Shown: piece after piece, positions 28,201 through 38,607 of the stretch | How the letters are laid out: every line of letters starts with the position of its first letter | Numbering within the stretch: position 1 is the first letter of the stretch | Origin: a virus | Taxonomy: Duplodnaviria; Caudoviricetes | Virus record (IMG/VR): IMGVR_UViG_3300032038_000028 | Coordinates: 1-64,000 of that record | Strand: one strand, 5' to 3' | DNA: 64,000 bases | Position numbers and translations under genes: made by a program | Notes under the pieces: generated by a model | Database searches by the model: none | Told to the model about the DNA's origin: nothing | The model's input: only the letters and a program-made list of their open reading frames with translations

Positions 28201-31200
28201 AAAGCCGCCGCTGCGCAAAAGCAGAATGATGCAGAGGCAGAGAGGAGCGCAAAAGAGCAGACCCGCCAGGCGGTACAGACCGAAGCCGCTCAGACCAGAG
28301 CGGAACGCAATGCGTTTTATGGGAACGTCAACGAGGCTGCCAGAGATCGTATGGATCTGGCCAAGGCGACCTACGCGGCGACCGGGGACGCCAAGGATCT
28401 GAAGAAATACCAGAACGAAGTCAACAACGTACAGTGGGCCGAAAAGGTCGAGCAGATGAAGGCCTACCAGGAACAGCTTAGCCTGCTGATGAACCCGACC
28501 GGAACGCCGGGACGTAATGACAGCGCCAACTGGGCGGTGGCTCAGCAGCAGCAGCTTCAGAATCTGATGAATCTGCAGCAGCAGTTCCAGAGCATCCGTC
28601 ATAATGGACGCGATCAGTCTGCGGCTGATACTGTGCTTGGGCAGATGAGGGCAGAAACCCAGCAGCTGATGCACGACCTGAACGCGACCGAGAAGATCAA
28701 GCAGGCGATGGCAAAGACCACCGGCGGAAAAAATTACTCCCGCGTTGATCAGGATCTGCGTGACAACCTGAATCAGGCAATGGATGCCATGATGAGCGCC
28801 GCGCCAGATCAGTTTGCCGCGAAGATGAACGCCGTACAGGAAGCGCTAAAGGCGGTCAACACTTCCATGCAGGCGATCGGCGCACAGGATTACTGGGCTC
28901 AGCAGTCTGCCGCGCTGGATCAGTATCAGGCGAAGCTGAACAGCATGAACCAGCGCAATGGCGGCATGGACAGCTGGACGGAAAGCCAGAGGAGTACATC
29001 TGCCGGCATTCAGCAGGCTCTCGATGCGGCGAGGGCGGCAATGAGCGCCAAGGACATGGGCGCCTATCAGGCCGCGATGGGCCGGGTGCAGGGAAACAGC
29101 AGGCTGCTTGACACCTCCCTGACCAACATCAGCAGGCTGGCGGGCGGAGCCAAACCACCTGTAGACGCGCTGACGCGGTCGCTGATGAACATCGCCGCAC
29201 CCATGATGCTGTGGCGCAGATTCACCGGCTACATGAAGAAGGCGGCGCAGAACGTCTCCGCGATCGACAGCCAGATGGCCGACCTGAAGAAGGTCACCAG
29301 CAACACCAGCGCCGAGTATGATCAGTTCCTGACCAGCACGGGCAAGAACGCTGTGGCTATCGGCTCCTCGATCAGCGACCTGGTTGCGACGACGAGCACG
29401 TTTGCGCACATGGGCTACGGGTTGACCGAGTCTCAGGCGCTGGGCGTAACGGCGACGAAGTTTGCCAACGTAGGCGGCTTTAAGAATACGACCGACGCGG
29501 CAGATACCATGATCGCGGCCATCAAGGGCTTCAGCGACCTGGAGATCGGCGACGCGGATATCGTTGGCGATAAGCTGACCGCAGTGGCCAACAACTACGC
29601 GGTCACCGTAGAAGATATCTCTAACGGCCTGCAGAAGTCAGCCTCTGCGCTGAACGTTGCGGGCAACAACATTGACCAGAGCACGGCCATGATCACGGCC
29701 ATCGCTGAGGTCACCAGAGACGCTGGAGCTGCGGGCTCAGCGCTGAAGGTTCTCAGTATGAGAATTCGTGGTGCAAAGGCGGAGCTCGAAGATGCTGGCG
29801 AATCTACAGAAGGCATGGCCAGCAGTACGGCCAAGATGCGTGCCGAAGTCATGGGGCTGACCAATGTTGACGGTAAAGGCGGCGTCGACATCATGGCCGA
29901 CGAGGAGACCTTCCGGAGCACCTATGACATCATGAACGATATCGCTCAAGTCTGGGGTAAGATGAGCGATATCAACCGCAGCGCCCTGCTGGAGAAACTG
30001 GCCGGCAAGGTCAGGTCAAACCAGGCAGCGGCCCTGCTTGAAAACTTTGAGACGGCCAGGAACGCTCTGGAAACCGCCCAGCAATCAGAGGGCACCATGA
30101 ACCGGGTGCATCAGAGATGGCTGGACTCCGTAGAAGCGCGCAAGGCCCAGTTTGAAGCAGCGCAGGAAACCGCATCGATGACGGCTATGCCCGCCAACAC
30201 TCTGAAGGGACTGTATCAGGCTGGGACAGTTGGCATGAATATGCTAAACAGCTTGATGGGTAACATCTTCGGGCTGGGCGTTGGATCTGGCAGTCATGGC
30301 GTAGCGGCTGGCATTATGGGTGCGGCCTCCATGCTCAGGTCTGGCAACGGTAACATCTGGGCTGGCATTGGCAACGCATTTAACCTGCACAGGGGCGGAC
30401 GCGGACAGGCAGATATTATTGCGGCCTACAACCGGGCGTATCAGGACGCCACAAACCCGCTGACCTATAACAATAAAGAGGCATCGCTGGCGGCCGCGCA
30501 GATCAACGGTCGTACGGCGAACAAATACACGCAGCGGCTTATCGAACAGGCCGAAGGGACTGTGGATGCTACCAAAGCTACGGGTGGGCTGATCAGCTCG
30601 CTCAAGAGTTTTACAAAGAATGCAATCGGCGGCATCGCAACGTTTGCTGCTATCAACGCCGGGGTGGCCCTGCTGAACGCCAGCATGGACTGGCTGAGCG
30701 AAAATGTCGTCAACCGCTCCGAACATCTCAACGCTGTCGCATCCTCTTCGTATGCTCAGTACGAAGAGACGAAACGTAATGCGGATGCGGTGATTGCGGA
30801 GCGTGATCAGGTCGGCCAGCAGGTACAGGAGCTGGAGAAGAAGCAGGCGGAAGGCACCATTACAACGCAGGAAACCTCGCGACTTGCTCAGCTGGAAAGC
30901 CAGCTAAGAGAACTTGAACATCAGGCAGCTGTGACAAGACAGCAGCAGGTGGCAGAGAGTGACCAGGCATTTACCGACTGGATGGCAGCTCGTGCATCGC
31001 GTGGGCAAAATGTCATGGGAACGTCTGCGATGTATAAGACGTTGGGTGCTATGCTTGGCAATGGCGGCTTTGATTCGGTTGGCGACGCTGTCACGTCGGT
31101 ATTGGGTAGCGTATGGGAGAGCACAAGCGGCTGGGCGACTGGCCTGTGGACCGGTATTAACCCCACTCACTCAATGCAGACCCTGTACCGTGAAGAAGCG

Positions 31201-34200
31201 GACAACGCCGGCGCTGTTAGAAACAGAGCAGATAGGCTGCTACAAACATATGGCGGCAACAAGGGCAACCTGACACCAGAGGGCGCTCGGGCTATCGCCA
31301 ACATGTACCAGAATATGCTGGGCTTCCAGAAGATGGCCGAAGGCTTTGATGAGACAAAGATGTCTACGGCCGAAGTAATGCAGGGCTATCGCTTTGCTCA
31401 GCAGCAGTATCAGGCAATCGAAGCCCAGATGAAAGAAAGCGCTGCTGCGTACGGCAATACGATGTATGAGGCGCTCAGTGGTGAAAAGGCTTTCCAGAAC
31501 ATCTTCAGCAACTGGGCAAATATCCAGATGCGCGCCACAAACGCCATGTATGGGGCCGAGCAGGAGACCAGACAGTATTTCCCGATGTATGCAGACCTTG
31601 TACGCAATGGTTTGAATTCACCGGCGTATAATACCGTCATGGCAAATGCCATCCGGGAGTCTCTGGCTATGCGCGAGATGCTTGCCGGGGAAGGCGAAGA
31701 CGCCAGCCTGCAGAAGTTTGACTTTCTAAACAGTCTGTTAAGAGCAGCCGGCTTTGAAGATGCCATGGACAGCATGCATGACATGGCCAGCAAAGGGCAA
31801 GACGCTGCCAGCATTACGGATCAGATCACTAAAAAGTTCGGTGCTCTCGGTACCCTGCTGGAAGGGCTACGGATCCCAATTGGAGATCTGGCCAATTTGA
31901 CCGTTGCGAGCGTGGAGGCTGCGAAACAGGCACCGGACGAAACGGCTGGCGGCGGCGCTGTCGCCGATACCATTGAGTCTTCCCAGGACAATATCAATGC
32001 GCTTCTGTCTGCCCAGCAGGCGGCTGCGAAGATCTGGAAGGACTCCGGCTTTACCGGTGCGCTGGACACGACATCCAAGGATTTCACCGAGCTGATGGCT
32101 ATGGACGGCGGCGCTTATCAGGCGGCGCTGGAGCGTGCTAACGGCGGGCTGTTCTTCAGCAAGGACGCCTTCGATAAGATCGTACAGCAGAAGTACAGGG
32201 AAGAGCTTGCTGCCCTGCGGCAGGACGTCCTGAAAACGCAGCAGAAGTACACCGAGGCGGCCACGAAGGTCGTCGAGGAAATGAAGAGCGGTACGGTCAG
32301 CCAGGAATCTTACGAAGCTATGCTCGGCTACGGCACGCAGCTGACTGAGTACGCCAACCGCATGGCTCAGATCAACTACGGCATGAGCGACATGGCCAAC
32401 TGGATCAGTAACAAAGGCGGGGCTGAATCTGGTGACGCTTATGACGAGCTGGGCGAAGCGATCAACGCTATCACCGGCGGAAAGTCGAGCGGCCTGACGG
32501 GCACGCGGGAATTCGCGGCTGCCATGCGGTTCGTGACTGGTAAGGAGATCGGGTCGGGCGCAGGTCAGGTTTTACTGGGTGACCTGAGCTCCAAGACTAT
32601 GTCGTACATGCAGGCGCTTGGCGCCGTGGATAAGAATGGCAAGCCCGATCAGGCGGCGCGGAGAAATGCACTGGCTGCCTTCCAGAAAGATATGAAAGCG
32701 GCCGGCATTCTCGATAAGACCGGCGCAGTTGCTGTTGCGGGCATGACGACCGGACAGATGGCCGACAAGTTTAACGAGAAATACGGCACACAGTTCGGCG
32801 CCGACTTTATGCAGAGCATCCTGATGGGCATCAATGATTACATTCAGGACCCTGCGGAAAAATATGATATCAGTACCGAAACACCGGAGTCGAAGCGCGC
32901 AGAGGAGGCGCGGAAGAATTTTCAGGACGCCGTAAAAGCATGGCGTGAAGCACCGGCGGATCTGGAGGACGCTCAGAAGCAGGCATTGCTGGATGGCGTG
33001 GTAGAGGCTGGCGAAGCGATGACCAAAGCCCAGCTTCAGGATATGGTTGCCAACGGCTCTACTGAGCAGGCGGCGGCAGCGGCGGCGACCCTGGCCAACC
33101 TGGATAAACAGGAAACGGCTGACCCGCTGACCTCTGTACTTGGCAAACTGGACGCGACATTATCCGCACTGAATACGACGCTGTCCAAAGAAAACAAGGA
33201 CGAGGAAGGCGGCAAGAAGGGTAAAGGGGCGGACGAATACCAGGATACCAAGGAAGTCCCCGACAAACCAGCCTTCACTTCTGGCAAATCCACGTTCGCC
33301 AGCGCAGAAGCAGAAGCAACTTCGCTGGCCGGGCTGACTCAGGAGATCAAGGATTACGAATCGAAGCACGGCGGGTCCGATGCGCTCACCGAACTGATAG
33401 GTGAAGCTGAAAATGAGGGCGCCAGCTACGATACTATTCTCGAAAAGTGGAATAATTATCGCAGCAACGTCGAAGAAGCTGAACAACAGGCGGTGCAGCA
33501 GGCGGCCGAAGAGGCGAAGTCCAGCAAATGGTCGTTTGGTAAACTGGCAGATCAGTATGACGACACAAAGACCATTCGCGATAAACCCAAGCGCGCATTT
33601 ACGACCGGCCCGTCCACGTTCCAGGATGCAGAGGAAGCCGGGAAGGCACTGGCAGATCTTGGCGAACAAGCCAAAGCTCTGGAAAAACAATATGGATCAT
33701 CGGACGCGCTTACTGAGTTGATCGGTGAGATTGAAACCGAAGGCGCGGACTATGACACCATGCTGAATAAGCTCAATAATGTCCGCAGCGACCTTGAAGA
33801 GGCGGCGGCAAACGCCACTGAAGCAGAAGCCGAAACGGCTAAGCAGCTGTCACGCAATGCGCTGGACAAGGGCAACGCTCTGCATGGTACGCTCAAAGAG
33901 CAGGAAGCCTCCGGGCTCGCGCAGGCTATTGAGCAACAGGTAGCAGAGGACCTGCAGGAACAGGCGGAAACCGCTACCCAGACGAGAACGGGCTTCAAGT
34001 TTGGCAAGCTCGCTGATCAGTACGACGAGGATATTGCAACTCCTAAGCCCGGCACCGACCAACAGGCTATTCGCGAGCAACTGCAGGAAACAATCACTCA
34101 GGCGCAGGATGCCGGTATTGTCATTGATGAGGCAACAGAAACTGTGGCCATGCAGATGGAAGATGTCAGCGAGTCCGGGGCGACAGCATCTACTGAACTG

Positions 34201-37200
34201 CTTAGAAACGCACAGAATAAGATTGCTCAGCTGCAGGGACTGCTCAAGGCCAATGAAGCCTCTACACTGGATGAAGCTATTGAGCCGAAAACTGAGAATG
34301 CCGAAGACACCACGGTCGCTACCGGCCTCGATCAGCCGCTGACCACGGAGACTGCTGTGTCTGGCGACGAAGAAAAAGCAGCGAAAGCGGCACTGAAGGC
34401 ACAGAAAAAACAGGAAGAGCTCGCAGAACTGCAGAGTATTGCGGAAGATGCATGGCTGAAGTCGTTCGAGGACACGCAAGACAGCGTACAGGAAACGGCG
34501 GATACCCAAATTGATACTGCGGAAGCGGAAGCCGAGGCTATGCGTCAGCGCATGAAGGATGCGGCCGATCTGGATCGTCGGGAACGGGCAGAGCAGGCGG
34601 CGAGTGACGCTGCGGCTGGCGAGGCATTGCAGGACAGGCTGGAGACGCAGTCGAAGCTCGATCAGCAGGCGCAGTGGCAGGAACAGCTGGCAGCTGCGGT
34701 TGAACAGGCTGGCGGTCTGGGCGGGATTACCGACCCGGCACTCCGCAAGTCGGTCGAAAACGCCACGAACGCGCTGATCGGATACAACACGGACGGCAAG
34801 GTTATCCCAGAACAGGATATCGCGGATCAGATCACCGAAGCCATCGACGGGATGCAGGAGTATCTGCAGACGCAGGAGCAGGAGGCTCTGGCGGAGCAAC
34901 GGGCTGCGCAAGACGAAAAGCTCGCGGAACTGGAACGGGAGCGCGCCGATCAGGAGGCCCAGGATCAAGAGGATCTTAATGCTGCCCTCCGCGAAACAGC
35001 AGAACAGACTGCCGAAACGGCTACAAAGAGCGGCTCAACCTTCCAGAGCATGGAGGACGTTGCCGCTGCCATGGCTAACCTCGACAACGAGGTCCGTGGA
35101 TTCGGTGGAGCCCATGATGTGACGCCGGAACAGCAGCAGACACTGGACGACATATCGACATCTCTGAACGGCGAGTACGCCAGTCTGAACGAGGCTGTAC
35201 AGGCATATGATAATGCCGTCGACGCGATGAATCAGTTGAGGAGCGACGTAGAGACCAGCGAACAGACGCAGGGTCTGACGCAAACTCCTCCTGCTTCTGC
35301 CGGCACGATCGCGGGCACAGAGTCCCCAGTCGATACCGTTACCTCTGCGTCGGTCGAGCCGGAAGAACTGAACGTCGAAACCAAATCAACGGCGGTTGAA
35401 TCCAAGAAGAGCACGAATGTCAATACAGGCACCGGCACATCCATGTCGGCGAGTGACATGGAGAACATGCGGCTGGATGCTCTCAGCACAATGTCGCGGC
35501 TGGAAGATATGTCGGCGAACAAAAAAGGCTCCGACGGGCAGCCGCTCAACCAGAATCAGCTGAGTGCGCTTGACAAGGCGGTCAGCCAGCTCGAGCAGGC
35601 GCTAACAGACGGCGGAGCGCAGGCGCTCCAGGACGCGCTGACCACTGCGCAAAAGGCGGAATCCGGTGTCCAGACGGAGCAGACTGCCACCTATACCGAA
35701 ACTGCGGTGACTCCGGCTGTTGAAGATGCGACAGCCACGGTACATGTGGAGACCGAAGAAGCACCGCCTGTTGTGCCTCCCGAAGAACCCACTGTTACCG
35801 TCCATACAAATGTGGAGGATCCTGGATCTATCAGCGTTCCCACGCCTCCGACAGTCACCATCCCGGTACAGTACGGCGACCCAGGTGAAATCCCGACCGG
35901 CGGCGGTGGTGGCGGCAAAGACGCAGTTCGCACCGTCAGCGCAGCCGCAGGGGGCACGGACGATGCAGCCGGCGGCATGACGCTGGTTGACGAGCTTGGC
36001 GCCGAGCTGATTGAGCACCGCTCCCGCGGCACCTATGAACTGGGCACCAACAACGGCGCACGCTTCGTAAAGCTGGATGCTGGCGACGTCGTACACAATG
36101 CAAAGGAAACCAGGAAGATCCTGAAGCGCGGCATGGCGATGGCCAACGGCGGCGTAGTGACAGGACGAGCAATGTCCAGCATAAGCAATGGCAAAGATAT
36201 GACCGGTGGCTCCGATCAGGCCGCGGCCATCGCCAAAGCCCAGCGTGATGCCGCAGCGGCACAGGAAGCAGCTGCAGCCGCGCTTAACTCTTCAGACAGG
36301 AAGGCCAAGGCACTTCTTGAGTGGATCAAGAAGGTGCTGGATTGGATCCCGACGTACCTGAACGAGTTGAAGAAAAAGACCACACAGTTTGTCGGAGCAG
36401 CGGACGACGCCGTACATTATCTGAGCCAGAACAAACTGCTGGACAGCGCCATCGAAAACATCGCAGAAGAAATTCAGGCGAACATCAGCTCGGTGGTCAG
36501 GTACCGCAGCTTCCTCAGGGAAATGCAGACGACGGGCGGGCTGTCAGATGAGATCGTTGCGAAGATTCAGAACGGCACGATTGATCTGGAGGCATACAAT
36601 AACGAGGAAACGGTAAAGGCTATTCAGGCCTACCAGCAGTACTGGGAAAAACTGGTTGCCTGTCAGGAAGCGCTTGCTACGCTGAATGATCAGATGGAAG
36701 CCCTGAGCCAGCAGAAGCTGGACAACGTCGTGTCCTACTTCGACAGGATCGACGGGTTGTTGCGCGACCAGCAGAAGCGGTTTGAAGGCCTGATTGACCT
36801 GAAGAAACAGTACGGCCAGGAGCTGACCGGCGCCGATTACATGGACTCTCTGACCAACATGGAGCAGATTCTGGCCAACGCTCAGAACGAAGAGCAGGCC
36901 CTGCTCAAGGAGCTGGAAGACCAGCTCGGTGTAGGCGGAGACATGGTACAGGCTATCCTGAACGGCGGTAAAGATGTATGGGAAGCCATTGCAGCTCATG
37001 TCAAGAAGGGTGTGGACGAAGGCGTCACCGACCTGCAGGAAGCCATTGACGAGAATCTGGTCTACCGGACGGTCGCGCATTACAATACCGGCACCGGTAC
37101 GGAAAAGCTCGGCTCCATGACTGATATTGCAGCTACTTCGGCGACACCGGAAGTCACCCAGCTGTCGCTGGCCGACGTACAGAAGATCGCCACCGGTGCG

Positions 37201-38556
37201 ATGAACATCAACCTGGATCAGGTGCCGGCGGCCCAGCGTGCAGCGGTGCAGGCGGCGATCAAGGGCACGACGAGCACGTTCAGCAACGCAACAAATAAGA
37301 ACACCAAAGTCCAGGCTATTCTGGATAAGATGCAGGCGTCCCAGCAACAGTACAGCAGCAAGCAGGTTAATCAGCAGGCCCTGCCGCCTGTAGAGATCTC
37401 TCTGGTCGATGTACCGGTCACCCCGGCTACGGATGAAGACATGGTTGCCATCGGCGAGATGCTGGGCATGAATGTGGCGGATGGCTCTGAAGAAGCGCTG
37501 AAGAATCTTGAGGCCATCAAGTCTCTCTTCACGACGTCGTGGGACAACCCGCTGGCTATCGGCAGCGACACCTGGTACTCCTACATGTCCACGCTGGAAA
37601 ACCTGAAGGAGTCGATCACCCAGACGAAGATTGAAATCAGTGAGATGAACGACACGATTGCTGACATCCCTCTGACCAACCTGAAGACTGGCTACGACTA
37701 TCTGGAAGAGATCCAGCGCAATCTGGAAGGCATGAACAACCTGCTGGATGCGCAGGGGTCGGACAAATACGCGGGGACGTATCGCAGCATGATCTCTGTC
37801 GGCATGCAGCAGATCGAAAACCTGCAGGAGCAGAACCGGCTGATCGAGGAGCAGATGAGCACACTCGATCCATTGTCTGAAAAGTATCAGGAGCTTCGCG
37901 GCGATCTGACGGGCAACCTCGACACGATCGCGGACATCCGCAAGAATCAGGAAGAGTGGAATGACGCCATCATCGACCTGCAGATCGAGCGGCTGAAGAA
38001 GCAGAACGACAGCTACAAGGAACAGCTCCGGCTGATGCAGGCGCTGGATGATCTGGACAAGGCGAGGCAGCGCAGGCTGCTGATCTACCACGAAGACACA
38101 GGCTTCCAGTACGAAGCGGACGAGGATGAGCTTGAGAGCGCACAGGAAGCGGCGAACGACGCCATCTTCAGCAGCATCGTCAGCGACCTCGAAAAGTCGA
38201 AGGCAGACAGCAACATCTACGGCCCGCTGGGCGAGAGGCTGATCAGCGGATCGAGCATCCTTGACTCTCTGGGCAACGTGCTTGTGCCGGTAGAGGACAA
38301 GCTGAGCGGGCTTGACTTCGAGCCCTACTACCAGAGCATCGTGTCCGGGTCTGAGCAGTCCGGCCTCCTCGAAGGCCTGCTGCAGAGCATCGACCTGAGC
38401 AAGCTGCTTGAAGCGTCGATTGGCGGTAACGTCAACATCGACATCGGCACCATGACCCTGAACGAGGTACAGAACGCAAAGGATCTGGGCGACGCGATTA
38501 TCAATCAGCTGCCCTCGTATCTGCTGCAGGCGCTGTACAAGAAGGGCGCGAATTAA
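25264..38556 (+). CDS. Tail tape measure protein (TP901-family core), 4430 aa
   Basis: Core MADLKKVT...ANNYAVT..DI..GLQKSASAL...GSALKVLSMRIRG at about 29.3-30.1 kb; largely helical; LVDELGAELI...GARFVKL..GDVVHN motif near the C-terminus. Confidence 0.9.
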   Translation: MTEKDVQATGNGIFNIGDIQVVQGGKDGATTIHVVVESKDNGGRDNQNNMPDMSGFISAAEALQASVDRLTEATNGELQATGVYQALRDEIAGLRSGDSKYYNARRGEAMSAEGARWLEQLLNDPHIADMPAAMRALWNDIMEDHGENISDSWRQRAKNAVSMMDNVSQMITGLWSEDDIRHPERYNSKITIPELRMTPEKMRAQNRAQLEAIAQNTMAYVRESRALEDELLAKTKGQQQQPPAAERTRERREKQQDEQRAAQREQRETGGRKETSIKADKVQVSSDKAPEVSGGQSDQGSERKTGKAQARGALEDAVRDLEQKGGAGGAPGGSGKAPVGGAGGGAGGGSGTPPVVPPTGGSGSTPPVDRNTVRYFDNLTELNKSLREDYKLGGIADDIVKQLGSLKSSASDISATFDGKGNLSGISLNAKSVALGDVKTARLQYGVTGSPEEGYAWSGAASRTLASPQKLKDLQKALNSDTAAQQERLNTWLKHDALALNADGRNTMRERLLDNISDYVYQNAKGQTKLGHKDAATGKVTNLTRDELKGLTDNLDTFDQRMSAINKGMRQDLVSRGIDDIQGKFDKRVGMVAGLKDRLNAIGINPNDAKAVFGNGESVKKLFGDINKATQSFQKHTGNIEAQVEDYNKLHDLTRRAQQAVQQEESQSRAAVSGAQRSARIQSRKDAANRALGMPGAEQNAKQAENLRQAMTQLDKAKTPAETVAALANVKKYTDDLTRSTREYGKQADKAEATQTRMANADKQIADMGAKLKAAGLDKPQSLKDAEAASRYYGSSKDAAKQQGWADKTLEHLGTANTEVSKALKQFESSSKKAESQYQRMMKNDLLGSGDRKAIEKAYGDYSAKQNQSTLEKLQTAMNTATANIAASDKSNKTEELRARVASKRVDLEASSRRAGGRDSGKWSKEQVTLAKAASANLTAAEQALSDGGIKNARSYLSRATTQIGQLNKQLGETERVANKAAAAQKQNDAEAERSAKEQTRQAVQTEAAQTRAERNAFYGNVNEAARDRMDLAKATYAATGDAKDLKKYQNEVNNVQWAEKVEQMKAYQEQLSLLMNPTGTPGRNDSANWAVAQQQQLQNLMNLQQQFQSIRHNGRDQSAADTVLGQMRAETQQLMHDLNATEKIKQAMAKTTGGKNYSRVDQDLRDNLNQAMDAMMSAAPDQFAAKMNAVQEALKAVNTSMQAIGAQDYWAQQSAALDQYQAKLNSMNQRNGGMDSWTESQRSTSAGIQQALDAARAAMSAKDMGAYQAAMGRVQGNSRLLDTSLTNISRLAGGAKPPVDALTRSLMNIAAPMMLWRRFTGYMKKAAQNVSAIDSQMADLKKVTSNTSAEYDQFLTSTGKNAVAIGSSISDLVATTSTFAHMGYGLTESQALGVTATKFANVGGFKNTTDAADTMIAAIKGFSDLEIGDADIVGDKLTAVANNYAVTVEDISNGLQKSASALNVAGNNIDQSTAMITAIAEVTRDAGAAGSALKVLSMRIRGAKAELEDAGESTEGMASSTAKMRAEVMGLTNVDGKGGVDIMADEETFRSTYDIMNDIAQVWGKMSDINRSALLEKLAGKVRSNQAAALLENFETARNALETAQQSEGTMNRVHQRWLDSVEARKAQFEAAQETASMTAMPANTLKGLYQAGTVGMNMLNSLMGNIFGLGVGSGSHGVAAGIMGAASMLRSGNGNIWAGIGNAFNLHRGGRGQADIIAAYNRAYQDATNPLTYNNKEASLAAAQINGRTANKYTQRLIEQAEGTVDATKATGGLISSLKSFTKNAIGGIATFAAINAGVALLNASMDWLSENVVNRSEHLNAVASSSYAQYEETKRNADAVIAERDQVGQQVQELEKKQAEGTITTQETSRLAQLESQLRELEHQAAVTRQQQVAESDQAFTDWMAARASRGQNVMGTSAMYKTLGAMLGNGGFDSVGDAVTSVLGSVWESTSGWATGLWTGINPTHSMQTLYREEADNAGAVRNRADRLLQTYGGNKGNLTPEGARAIANMYQNMLGFQKMAEGFDETKMSTAEVMQGYRFAQQQYQAIEAQMKESAAAYGNTMYEALSGEKAFQNIFSNWANIQMRATNAMYGAEQETRQYFPMYADLVRNGLNSPAYNTVMANAIRESLAMREMLAGEGEDASLQKFDFLNSLLRAAGFEDAMDSMHDMASKGQDAASITDQITKKFGALGTLLEGLRIPIGDLANLTVASVEAAKQAPDETAGGGAVADTIESSQDNINALLSAQQAAAKIWKDSGFTGALDTTSKDFTELMAMDGGAYQAALERANGGLFFSKDAFDKIVQQKYREELAALRQDVLKTQQKYTEAATKVVEEMKSGTVSQESYEAMLGYGTQLTEYANRMAQINYGMSDMANWISNKGGAESGDAYDELGEAINAITGGKSSGLTGTREFAAAMRFVTGKEIGSGAGQVLLGDLSSKTMSYMQALGAVDKNGKPDQAARRNALAAFQKDMKAAGILDKTGAVAVAGMTTGQMADKFNEKYGTQFGADFMQSILMGINDYIQDPAEKYDISTETPESKRAEEARKNFQDAVKAWREAPADLEDAQKQALLDGVVEAGEAMTKAQLQDMVANGSTEQAAAAAATLANLDKQETADPLTSVLGKLDATLSALNTTLSKENKDEEGGKKGKGADEYQDTKEVPDKPAFTSGKSTFASAEAEATSLAGLTQEIKDYESKHGGSDALTELIGEAENEGASYDTILEKWNNYRSNVEEAEQQAVQQAAEEAKSSKWSFGKLADQYDDTKTIRDKPKRAFTTGPSTFQDAEEAGKALADLGEQAKALEKQYGSSDALTELIGEIETEGADYDTMLNKLNNVRSDLEEAAANATEAEAETAKQLSRNALDKGNALHGTLKEQEASGLAQAIEQQVAEDLQEQAETATQTRTGFKFGKLADQYDEDIATPKPGTDQQAIREQLQETITQAQDAGIVIDEATETVAMQMEDVSESGATASTELLRNAQNKIAQLQGLLKANEASTLDEAIEPKTENAEDTTVATGLDQPLTTETAVSGDEEKAAKAALKAQKKQEELAELQSIAEDAWLKSFEDTQDSVQETADTQIDTAEAEAEAMRQRMKDAADLDRRERAEQAASDAAAGEALQDRLETQSKLDQQAQWQEQLAAAVEQAGGLGGITDPALRKSVENATNALIGYNTDGKVIPEQDIADQITEAIDGMQEYLQTQEQEALAEQRAAQDEKLAELERERADQEAQDQEDLNAALRETAEQTAETATKSGSTFQSMEDVAAAMANLDNEVRGFGGAHDVTPEQQQTLDDISTSLNGEYASLNEAVQAYDNAVDAMNQLRSDVETSEQTQGLTQTPPASAGTIAGTESPVDTVTSASVEPEELNVETKSTAVESKKSTNVNTGTGTSMSASDMENMRLDALSTMSRLEDMSANKKGSDGQPLNQNQLSALDKAVSQLEQALTDGGAQALQDALTTAQKAESGVQTEQTATYTETAVTPAVEDATATVHVETEEAPPVVPPEEPTVTVHTNVEDPGSISVPTPPTVTIPVQYGDPGEIPTGGGGGGKDAVRTVSAAAGGTDDAAGGMTLVDELGAELIEHRSRGTYELGTNNGARFVKLDAGDVVHNAKETRKILKRGMAMANGGVVTGRAMSSISNGKDMTGGSDQAAAIAKAQRDAAAAQEAAAAALNSSDRKAKALLEWIKKVLDWIPTYLNELKKKTTQFVGAADDAVHYLSQNKLLDSAIENIAEEIQANISSVVRYRSFLREMQTTGGLSDEIVAKIQNGTIDLEAYNNEETVKAIQAYQQYWEKLVACQEALATLNDQMEALSQQKLDNVVSYFDRIDGLLRDQQKRFEGLIDLKKQYGQELTGADYMDSLTNMEQILANAQNEEQALLKELEDQLGVGGDMVQAILNGGKDVWEAIAAHVKKGVDEGVTDLQEAIDENLVYRTVAHYNTGTGTEKLGSMTDIAATSATPEVTQLSLADVQKIATGAMNINLDQVPAAQRAAVQAAIKGTTSTFSNATNKNTKVQAILDKMQASQQQYSSKQVNQQALPPVEISLVDVPVTPATDEDMVAIGEMLGMNVADGSEEALKNLEAIKSLFTTSWDNPLAIGSDTWYSYMSTLENLKESITQTKIEISEMNDTIADIPLTNLKTGYDYLEEIQRNLEGMNNLLDAQGSDKYAGTYRSMISVGMQQIENLQEQNRLIEEQMSTLDPLSEKYQELRGDLTGNLDTIADIRKNQEEWNDAIIDLQIERLKKQNDSYKEQLRLMQALDDLDKARQRRLLIYHEDTGFQYEADEDELESAQEAANDAIFSSIVSDLEKSKADSNIYGPLGERLISGSSILDSLGNVLVPVEDKLSGLDFEPYYQSIVSGSEQSGLLEGLLQSIDLSKLLEASIGGNVNIDIGTMTLNEVQNAKDLGDAIINQLPSYLLQALYKKGAN

Positions 38557-38607
38557 AAAATGGGGCGGCCCCACAACGGGACTGCCCCTTCCCCTGGGGG
38601 TGAATAT

